Position numbers and translations under genes: made by a program
Shown: one piece after another, positions 55,692 through 64,000 of the stretch
How positions within the stretch are numbered: the first letter of the stretch is position 1
Layout: each line of letters opens with the position of its first letter
Assembly (NCBI GenBank): GCA_001599295.1
Contig: BCGN01000008.1
Location: 124,001 to 188,000, forward strand
Direction: 5' to 3'
DNA length: 64,000 nt
Source of the DNA: Sporopachydermia quercuum
Lineage: Eukaryota
Notes under the pieces: model-generated
What the model saw: the letters and a program-made list of their open reading frames with translations, nothing else
Databases searched by the model: none
What the model was told of the DNA's origin: nothing

Positions 55692-56261
55692 ACGCGTCTC
55701 ATGCATAGTTTAAAGGGAATGTTAGATAATGAAAGTAGTAAATTTGCAAGAAGCACCTAAAAATAGACAAGATTTTCAATTAGTTTACCCCATTGGAAAA
55801 CTGATTATTGCCTGAATAAATCGTCGCAAAGAATGAATACATGAAATACTGTTGGATGATAAAAATAGCCAGGAGACAAACCCAAAGGAATAGAATAAAA
55901 TACCTTTACAAAGCATAGAAGTTGAGGTCAATGAAATGATCGACAATTGATCAAATTGATAACTCACACACGAGAAAATGCTCTCCATAATGATATGTCT
56001 TCGCTTTAACCCTATCAATATGATTACCACATCCATCCAAGACACGCGTTTCTCGTGAGGAGTTGATCCCCCAAACTTCATATATCCCGTATTAAAACTT
56101 TCTACGCGAAGCACTTCCTTTCTGCACTCACTTCCAGCCAGTTCTTCCTGGTTTTCTGTTGGCACAGTTGGGTCTAGTTCTTTAAAATAGTTCAAATAAT
56201 TCAATTGAAAGATCAGACATAGAGCGAGCTCTTCTTGACCCGGAGGAACCTTATTTCGCGT
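55692..56261. promoter_or_regulatory. MCB/SCB-like cell-cycle box cluster in the TFC1-WSC divergent intergenic region
   Basis: ACGCGT at 55692 and 56044, ACGCGA at 56104, TTTCGCGT at 56254, and CACGAGAAA at 55969 and inverted at 56049. Confidence 0.5.
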
Positions 56262-58098
56262 CTCATTTCCGTTTTCTTTCCATTTGTTTGGGGGTTTAAG
56301 TAAATAAAGTAAAGCATGAAAAGAAGTATTTGATTTCCCTAAAATGGTGTTTTGGTTCTGGAACTCTAATCTTACTGTGAGTTTCACTGGAATTTTGTCT
56401 TAAGAACTGTTTCGAAAACCAGTAACCGACTAAAGGCATTACATTGAAAATGATCAATACGTATTTATATGAGTATAAACTGTTCAAAATAGACCTCCAT
56501 ATTTCAGTATTTGATATAATGGATTAGTTGGATAAGGGGTGGATAAAGGGTATTTCATTTTAAACGAAGAAGTCATAATAGGAGAGCTGATATTAGAGTT
56601 CCAATTAGATACTAAAACAGATGATTAAGCATAAGATTGCACATTGATACATAGCCGTGCATATATCCTAATGTACATCGATCACATTTGTTATCGACAA
56701 CGATATTGATATTTAAACAGGAAATGATCTAACTCTGCGGAATGCTGAAAATACTGAAAACAGAAATCCTACTGAATGAGTTCAATACAGCTGTTGTTTT
56801 TAGTAATTAAATATACTTCTTGCAACTGGGAATAGAACAATCACTGCAGAAAAGTTGCGCGGCACACTCTATATGATCACTCAAGTGGAACTGTTGTTTG
56901 CGAATATACTACCCTTGGCACTCATCTTACACTGAAAATACTTGTGTCAATAACGCAACTGAAATATTCTCCTTTGCTGAAAATGGTGCTACATAGCCTT
57001 ATAGAAAACTGAGATCTCCCCTCCCGAAACAGTTAAGTTGAACCTGAATAGATAATCAAATCCAGGACTTTATCGAAAATCGATCCCCACCTTACAAATA
57101 CTCACCAATAAATATCCTGTGATACAAGTACGTTCCTTCCATACAACACAGCCAATTTGCAACTTTTCTGGTACTCCACAACCAGTAACTACACAATTCA
57201 TTGCCAGTAATACAAAAAATTTAGCGACTACAGTTAAATAATTATCATTCCTATGGTTAATTCTCACCTATTTTTCTCTAACTAACCATCAAATCATCTA
57301 ACAAATCTTCCAAAACCTTTCGGCTTCTTACTAAATAGGGTTTGCATCAGAAGTTTCGTTTCTCACTAACCTTAATCTATACTATGCATAAACTGCCCTA
57401 CATGCAAACCTTAATTGCAAAGCCTTAGAGTGTCAGACCCTGTATGACTGTACATGTAAACTACTATATCAAATCTTAAATGACTCTCTGACTTTCGAAA
57501 CCAGAAAAATCTTGTTATCCACATTTTGCACTTTGTCTCGTTGTTGCTGTTTTACACTTTTTGTTCAGAATATTCCCAATCGAAAAGCTGAGCAGCTCAA
57601 GTTCAATCAAAGTCATTTGGCAAAAAGGGTTATGTTTTGTTTGTTGCGTTTGAGAGTTGACTCATTTGCATTGGTGTTTTGCATTATTATCGTTGAAAGA
57701 CTTTTTATCTGCGTGTTTACACATCAATGAAAGGACTGAATCAGTAGATGGATAGAATACAAATAGTACCATAAACACCATCAACGACGGATACATTAGA
57801 TACAAAGAAGTTAAGAAGGACTGATCAAGCCCCGTATATTATTAAAGTCAGACTGTGAAAAGCTGTATATTGGAAAGGAGAGCTCTTGCTTAGAAAATTA
57901 AGGTAGAAAAGAACTAACCAGACTCACTCGTTACACACAGCAGTAAGTACGTTTATATATAACAACGATTGCATAACGACAAATCGTGTTGATTACACTG
58001 CTTTCACTATTTAACAGGTAACTAAGGAAGCAGCGACATTACAAATACCATTCGAATAAGCAGTCTTTTTGTAAATACGAATTGCGCTTTGCTTCAAT

Positions 58099-59190
58099 AT
58101 GAAAACACCAACAGTTATTCTCAGCTTATTACCTCTAGTAAGTCTAGCTAGTGCCAAGTCATTACTTGGATGCTATTCAGCGTCAATAATCCAGAATCTA
58201 GATCTCCAAGACGGTGATGATTACACATGGCAGTCTTCGGATCATTGCTCATCATTATGTCAAGAAAAAGGATTCTCTGTGTTTGCATTGACTGAAGGAT
58301 CCAAATGTTACTGCGGTGATTCAGCTCCTGGAGGATCAGTAGAAACTTCCAATGGCTGTACCGAATCCTGTGTTGGATATCCCTACGAGAACTGCGGTGG
58401 CAGCTCAGATTACACTGTATTTCTGACTGGCAGCGGTACAGTCAATTATGTAGCCGATGACGGTAGTGCGGATTCAGGATCCTCAGATTCGGATGCATCT
58501 AGTAGTAGCGAGGAACCCCCGTCAAGTACGGTGAGTTCTAGTTCATCATCAACATCTGTCTCAACGACAAGTGCATCGGCATCAACTAAAGTGACCACTA
58601 CTGTGGAAGCACCTGTGACCACATCCTTTACCTCAGAATCCAAAACTCCAACAAGTGTCTCATACACTACTATTATTTCTCAATCGACACTTGTTATTTA
58701 TGCTACTGATTCACCATCAGACACCGACAGCGACGCCAGCGAAACTACTTCTAGTGCTACAGCGGAACCCAGTAAAAATTCATCCACACCTGTGGGCGCC
58801 ATTGTTGGCGGTGTGATTGGTGGCGTTGTTGGTTTAGCAGCTGTTGCATCTATCATATTTATCTGCGTCAGAAGGAGAAGAATGGATGATGATGAAAGCT
58901 CAGATAACGAAGATACCCCACCATTGGAAAACCCATTTGCATCTCCAGTAGATGACAAGCTTTATTCATCATCGGCACATGACTCTAACTTACCACAACC
59001 ACCGTCGTCTGCATTCAAAGCTGGTGGAGGGATCGTTGCTCTCGATGGCCAAAACAATACGTTTATGGCTATTGATCAAAGGTTGAATCCTACTATGCTC
59101 GGAAGTACTCAAAGAATGAGTGTCACATCACTGGCTGATGCTAGAGATTACTCTAGGAAGATTCTTCAGGTGACAAATCCTGATGATTAA
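58099..59190 (+). CDS. WSC-family cell wall integrity sensor
   Basis: Signal peptide, 8-Cys WSC domain, Ser/Thr stalk, TM segment (GAIVGGVIGGVVG) and tail DQRLNP...SLADARDYSRKILQVTNPDD. Confidence 0.93.
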   Translation: MKTPTVILSLLPLVSLASAKSLLGCYSASIIQNLDLQDGDDYTWQSSDHCSSLCQEKGFSVFALTEGSKCYCGDSAPGGSVETSNGCTESCVGYPYENCGGSSDYTVFLTGSGTVNYVADDGSADSGSSDSDASSSSEEPPSSTVSSSSSSTSVSTTSASASTKVTTTVEAPVTTSFTSESKTPTSVSYTTIISQSTLVIYATDSPSDTDSDASETTSSATAEPSKNSSTPVGAIVGGVIGGVVGLAAVASIIFICVRRRRMDDDESSDNEDTPPLENPFASPVDDKLYSSSAHDSNLPQPPSSAFKAGGGIVALDGQNNTFMAIDQRLNPTMLGSTQRMSVTSLADARDYSRKILQVTNPDD

Positions 59191-59532
59191 GGTATAGAAA
59201 GGTTTTGGGTTAGTATGTTATGTATATTATATGGAGATTATTGATATGTTCGATGTTATGTATCATAGTTGTTTTCCTTGTAGTATTACTTCTGGTAGTA
59301 TTGTAGTAAAAGTGGTTCTAGTGCAAATTAAATTGAAACCTATCTACCTAATTCAATCATCTAAATATAAGCCTTTTTAGACACCAAATGTAAACAACTT
59401 GAACAAAAGATATTAAAGGAAGAGTAGAATGTACTGTGAAGTAACACAATGTAACATAGATTAGTGTTAGAAAGGAATGGTTAGTTTAAATACAAGATAT
59501 GAGGAATGATCCAAATGGCAGTTAAATTGATA

Positions 59533-60378
59533 CTAATATGATGATGCTTGATACGGATATTCCCAGTCAGCATCTTTTCTCTTCCAAAGCTTCCTTTTCT
59601 TCTTATTCACAACATGTACAACAAATTCATTTTCACAGTGCTTCTTCTTAAAAACACGTATGAACTTGGGATCCCATAATTCACTGGCAATTCCCAAATC
59701 CTTACAACATCTCATCATAGCATTGCTTTTGCATCCTTCAACAGCTGTCGGAATCGAATCTGCGCTGAAATAGGTTTGCTCTCCACGGGCAATTGATACC
59801 AATCTTCCATTACAAACCAATCCATATTCACGAGTCACCATTTTCTCAGTGATAATAGTTTCCGATCTTGGTGCAAGCCCCCAACCGCCAGGACCAAATG
59901 CCTTATTCAGTATCCGTCTATATTTTATCTCAGGCAGGAACAATAACCCATCTGGTGTAATCTCAACGTCGTCAGGTTGTACTGGTGCTAGAAGTATATC
60001 AACAGCTTCTTTAGCAAAGGAGGCAGAGCCCAATCCGTTGAACGAAGAAGACCAGTCTTCACCGCTGCCGGAAGCTGGCACGTCTTTTAAATCTGTTAGG
60101 TCTGAAACTGCAAACGGTTTTGGTTTACTCTCTGTTGTAGCTGAAAGCTTATCATTACCAGACTCCTTAACATAGGGTTTTGAGACTTGCGTTGCTACAG
60201 TTTTACCATTTGATGTACTTTTGGCAGACTTACTGAAACCGCTGGTTGCCGGTGGAACCATGAAGAAATCATCGTCGTAAGGATTGGGAGCACCTGCTGT
60301 TCTGTAGTTTGTAGTTCCAAATCTACGAGCGCAAAACACAACAGAGCTTCTTCCAGCTTTTGCTGCTATTGAAAACAT
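59533..60378 (-). CDS. MGM101: Mitochondrial genome maintenance protein Mgm101 (Rad52-like)
   Basis: Presequence followed by [30 protein letters not shown] and [14 protein letters not shown]. Confidence 0.97.
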   Translation of the reverse strand: MFSIAAKAGRSSVVFCARRFGTTNYRTAGAPNPYDDDFFMVPPATSGFSKSAKSTSNGKTVATQVSKPYVKESGNDKLSATTESKPKPFAVSDLTDLKDVPASGSGEDWSSSFNGLGSASFAKEAVDILLAPVQPDDVEITPDGLLFLPEIKYRRILNKAFGPGGWGLAPRSETIITEKMVTREYGLVCNGRLVSIARGEQTYFSADSIPTAVEGCKSNAMMRCCKDLGIASELWDPKFIRVFKKKHCENEFVVHVVNKKKRKLWKRKDADWEYPYQASSY

Positions 60379-60629
60379 CGCCTAGCGCTGAATTGTATTT
60401 CCTGAACCTCTAGGGTGAATTTTCTCAGTGGGTCAGTGCAAAAGTACGTGCAAGGCTCTCAAACCGTGGTTGCTGATGATAGTAGCAGGAATACAGACAG
60501 TAAAAACCGGGTGAGCCTGTTGAAGTCTTAGAGGGAAATAAGTGCAGGTAATCGATTAGGTTGTTAGAGGCAAATATCGGAGATTATAAAAAAGGGAATT
60601 GTTTCCGGTGTCGAAGGAAATGTAAACTA

Positions 60630-60658
60630 CACGTGATATATGTGATATAAGTGATATA
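60630..60658. repeat. E-box CACGTG overlapping three 9-bp-period GTGATATA repeats upstream of MGM101
   Basis: cacgtgatatatgtgatataagtgatata. Confidence 0.6.
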
Positions 60659-61076
60659 AAAATAAAGATTACATCATCGGTATATGGAGAGGAAGAACAT
60701 GGATTTCTAATTAGGGGCTTAACTACTTAGAAAGAGTATAAAGGAGGTTTAATACTTTCATCAAAAAGCGTGTAGTGGATTTCTATTGATTCGCATAGAA
60801 TATTACGGAACAACTGATCATCTATAATGAACAATAATTCTCTAAGTACTGTTTTGTTTGCAAGAACAGTTACAGTTGAGGGTCGAAACTGGATTTATCA
60901 TCAGAACAGAGCTGAACTTACTTATAACTTGTAGTTCATATACAGGACCTAGTACATATCTAGTATAATATACATCTATTATGTTTATAAGACACACGGC
61001 AATGCTTTTATCCTGTTCCTATTAACCATTCCAAGGATGAATCCCCACCCTTTCCTTCCTTCCCCATATTCCCAAT

Positions 61077-64000
61077 CTATAAAGACATTCCATCTTGATC
61101 GAGCAACATATTGACAACAGGTTCACCTTGAACACATAATACATGAATACCTGAACCCAATTCACATATTGTCAACATATTGTTCTCATCAGTATTAAAC
61201 ATTTTGAAGTATACCTGATCGTTATCCTCAATTTCTATCCCATTAATAAGTACAATTCGATATCCTCCACCTTCTATGGCAACCCTTTCTCCATTTATCA
61301 TTAGACGACTGCCAGCTGTTAGACTTGTCAATTCAATACGAACAGAATCTAATACTCCTACAAGCAATTGTAGACTCAATCCTGTTTCCACCTTCCTATC
61401 AGGTTTCTGGTTGCCTCCATCACTATTATAAATTGTATCATCATAATGATCATGCCGATCATTACAACCATCTATTTGAATCTCTTTGACCATATACAAT
61501 AACTGCTTTTGAGCCAAGGTTTCCTTCTCTCCTATAATGATTTCGACAGCTGAATGGTTTGGATCTATCTCCAAGTATGTTTTACACATTGCTGTTGGAT
61601 CAACAAACATTGAGGCATAAGCATCATCAAGCTCAATAGGAACATATGAAGTTTCCTGAGAAGTTTCGAAGTTTCTAACGTATGATTTCAAGTATTCAGG
61701 CATTTGGTATTTATATCGCCAGTCTAAATAATAGAAATCATCCCAAGAAGATATCTGGGAGAAGAAAGATCTTTTCCTCAAATCATAAGAGTTTCTGCCT
61801 GACGAAGTAAAATAAGACCCATCAGAATGCACAATAGTTCTCTGCATTTTATTTGTAGTGTACAGTTTAGAATCGAAAGATCTGTAATCATTTCTATGAC
61901 CATTGCTATGACCATTTCTATCGATTCCATTAAAATTACTGTTGTATTGGACATCAACTGGTAAATAGAGAGGACATGAATCCTTTCTCGAAACTTGAAC
62001 TTTATGCCAAACAACATTTCTACCAGCATGAAATCTATCCCCATTAATAAAGGTAGAGCTAGAACTTCCATTGTAATTATAATGGTTGATTCCATCACCA
62101 TTTATACCAAACATATAGTCATTCACACTATCGACAACTGTTTCTTGATGATCAGTCAATCCGCAAGCATCAACATCAAAAGAATCTTGTAATGATGCTT
62201 TCTTAATACCATCAAAGCTATTCATATCATTCATATCAGCTAATTCATTATGTTTTGATCCCGTTGCTCCATCAACTCTTAATAAAACTCTTCTAGTTCT
62301 GAGGAAATCCCATAGTTTCTTTTCGGAAAACCTGGGTTGTTGATAGATTGAATTTATAAAGCTGAAATAAGTGTTGAACATTTGTTTAATGAACAGTATA
62401 ATTATTCTCCCGAGTTTGAATTGGGACAGGAATAATTCGATTGTTTTTTTCAATGAATGGTTCTGGATCTTCATAATACTAACAGTAAGATTAGGCTTTA
62501 TTGAGTCGTCAGCGGAGTCGAGGTTTTCGTTGAATTGTATGTTTTCATTATTTGGTTGATCGTCCTTGATGTTATTGTTATTGTTATTGTCATCAGTTTT
62601 GAACGTAACGGCAGTTGACTCCTCATTCATTCTCCTATCAATATGATCAACTGCTTCTTCCTTCTCATTCTGCTTTTTATAGTTACCGCTAAAACTATTC
62701 TTATTGTTGATCTTTTTCTCATCATTATGCTCATTATCTTTCTTTCCACCTTTCTTATGATCCTCTTTTATACTGTCCCCATCATTTATATTACTATAAT
62801 TAGTATGATTTCTATTTTTCTTCCTCAGTTCATCCATGTCTTTATTATACCAAAAAGGGTGACCCTCAGTGGAAAAGACGAAATTAGACATTTCAGTATT
62901 GAGCAAGTTTGACTCATCAAAAGTCAAATATAAATATTTCAACGTTTCAGATAAAACAAAACTATCCATTTTATCCTCTGATACGCCAGTTAATACATTT
63001 TGAACAGAAGCAAATCCACATTTTGCTCTTCTCAAGTTCCAAATGTCATTTAAAACTGATTTGGCCACTTGTAAGTAAAAGGGATCCTTAGTAGCTCTGT
63101 ATAAATAGTAATTGGATTCAATGAATTCAGGACGTAATGGATACCAATTTAATAACACTTGTCTTGGCTTCAAACGATCATTATTATAATTGGATTTATC
63201 TGTCTGAGAATTACCATTATCTGTCCTTGGTCTATAATGATGATTAGCTTGATAGACCCATCGTTCTGGGATTCCCATATAGGTGTTCCACAGCTTGAAA
63301 TATACCATATGCAATTTGATAGCATCATCTAAATTACCATTGAGGACCTGTAAAGTAGGAAAGAAAGCAGCCAGAGCGTCAATCCAAGTCGTGGAAGGAA
63401 CACCATTGCTGTAATCGAAATTTCTATACATCCAATCAGATAATGAGTGCGTTCTTACAGCTTGATATGACTGCTGAAATACTTCCATTGATTTATCATT
63501 ATTAAATAAAATACCATGTTTTAAAGCATACTCGTAAAATGAATCAATGCTAGCACCAATTCCTGTTAAGGGCGACAGCCAATCACCAGTCAAAGGGTCT
63601 AATGACATTGGTACAGCATTCAGATCTGATCGGCCTTCCCACATAGTCAGAAAAGCCTTGTAGGCCCTATTTTCATAAATAGGATTACCTGTTAATTTTG
63701 ACAATAAGGAGAACTCTAGAATAAGACTGCCTGCTCCAGCAGTACAGGTTTCGGTTCCTAGGTGATTCTCCAATATCCTTTGATCGTAAGAGCGTAGTAA
63801 GTTTACTCTTGGCATAGGAATACCCTTTTTCGTATCAAATGCTTCCAGCAACTTATTGGCCAGTTCAACGGCATATTCTAGCAAAAACCCGTCATAATCT
63901 ATGATTTTCATACCTAATCTTTCTTCTGATGCGTAGAAATGCGATGACAGTAATCCACCTATTATTCTGATTGTTGTTTCAAATACTTGGACTATTCGAT
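61077..64000 (-). CDS. MNL1: ER degradation-enhancing alpha-1,2-mannosidase-like protein (GH47, Mnl1/Htm1/EDEM), 5'-truncated by the window end
   Basis: The frame stays open to the window end (VQVFETTIRIIGGLLSSH), with TCTAGAGSLILEF, DSFYEY, YPLRPEFIES, SETLKYLYL and FSTEGHP. Confidence 0.93.
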   Translation of the reverse strand, partial: RIVQVFETTIRIIGGLLSSHFYASEERLGMKIIDYDGFLLEYAVELANKLLEAFDTKKGIPMPRVNLLRSYDQRILENHLGTETCTAGAGSLILEFSLLSKLTGNPIYENRAYKAFLTMWEGRSDLNAVPMSLDPLTGDWLSPLTGIGASIDSFYEYALKHGILFNNDKSMEVFQQSYQAVRTHSLSDWMYRNFDYSNGVPSTTWIDALAAFFPTLQVLNGNLDDAIKLHMVYFKLWNTYMGIPERWVYQANHHYRPRTDNGNSQTDKSNYNNDRLKPRQVLLNWYPLRPEFIESNYYLYRATKDPFYLQVAKSVLNDIWNLRRAKCGFASVQNVLTGVSEDKMDSFVLSETLKYLYLTFDESNLLNTEMSNFVFSTEGHPFWYNKDMDELRKKNRNHTNYSNINDGDSIKEDHKKGGKKDNEHNDEKKINNKNSFSGNYKKQNEKEEAVDHIDRRMNEESTAVTFKTDDNNNNNNIKDDQPNNENIQFNENLDSADDSIKPNLTVSIMKIQNHSLKKTIELFLSQFKLGRIIILFIKQMFNTYFSFINSIYQQPRFSEKKLWDFLRTRRVLLRVDGATGSKHNELADMNDMNSFDGIKKASLQDSFDVDACGLTDHQETVVDSVNDYMFGINGDGINHYNYNGSSSSTFINGDRFHAGRNVVWHKVQVSRKDSCPLYLPVDVQYNSNFNGIDRNGHSNGHRNDYRSFDSKLYTTNKMQRTIVHSDGSYFTSSGRNSYDLRKRSFFSQISSWDDFYYLDWRYKYQMPEYLKSYVRNFETSQETSYVPIELDDAYASMFVDPTAMCKTYLEIDPNHSAVEIIIGEKETLAQKQLLYMVKEIQIDGCNDRHDHYDDTIYNSDGGNQKPDRKVETGLSLQLLVGVLDSVRIELTSLTAGSRLMINGERVAIEGGGYRIVLINGIEIEDNDQVYFKMFNTDENNMLTICELGSGIHVLCVQGEPVVNMLLDQDGMSL

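Noticed and set aside
55378..55700. B-box/ETC autoregulatory site upstream of TFC1, by analogy with ETC6-TFC6
   Set aside because: The best match CTTCGAGAC lacks the conserved G of GWTCRANNC.
55785..56387. 200-aa minus-strand ORF between TFC1 and WSC
   Set aside because: It starts at GTG, the first ATG is about 100 codons in, and it has no recognisable motif. It overlaps a likely promoter, so it is probably a chance ORF, although translation cannot be excluded.

Overview
This is an AT-rich, gene-dense chromosomal segment from a budding yeast (Saccharomycotina-like). It is not S. cerevisiae, because it carries glucosylceramide synthase, a Phf1/2-like PHD gene and a UFD1-AZUL gene. CTG occupies invariant Leu positions, so the standard code appears to apply. 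About 23 protein-coding genes are present: a partial unknown ORF, a PHD-finger gene, a Urc2/PriB-like Zn2Cys6 factor, IMH1, a chitin deacetylase, a coiled-coil hypothetical, a UFD1-like/Zn-finger/AZUL protein, RPT6, a small Cys-rich membrane protein, a DHA1 MFS transporter, a SAM methyltransferase, TIM54, SHM1, GCS1/HSX11, PPR1, SDH6, RGA, SPC98, CSM3, TFC1, a WSC sensor, MGM101 and partial MNL1. Four short spliceosomal introns (89-112 nt) missed by the ORF track were reconstructed by hand and they correct four gene models. I found no tRNA, rRNA, transposon or CRISPR. The most interesting candidates are an uncharacterised UFD1-Zn-finger-AZUL protein beside RPT6 with similar promoter motifs, unusual SHM1 splicing, several composite cis-regulatory modules, conserved microsynteny, and ambiguous bases confined to the first 19 kb. 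Gene names come from motif recognition, not database searches. I cannot support a wholly new multi-gene system.
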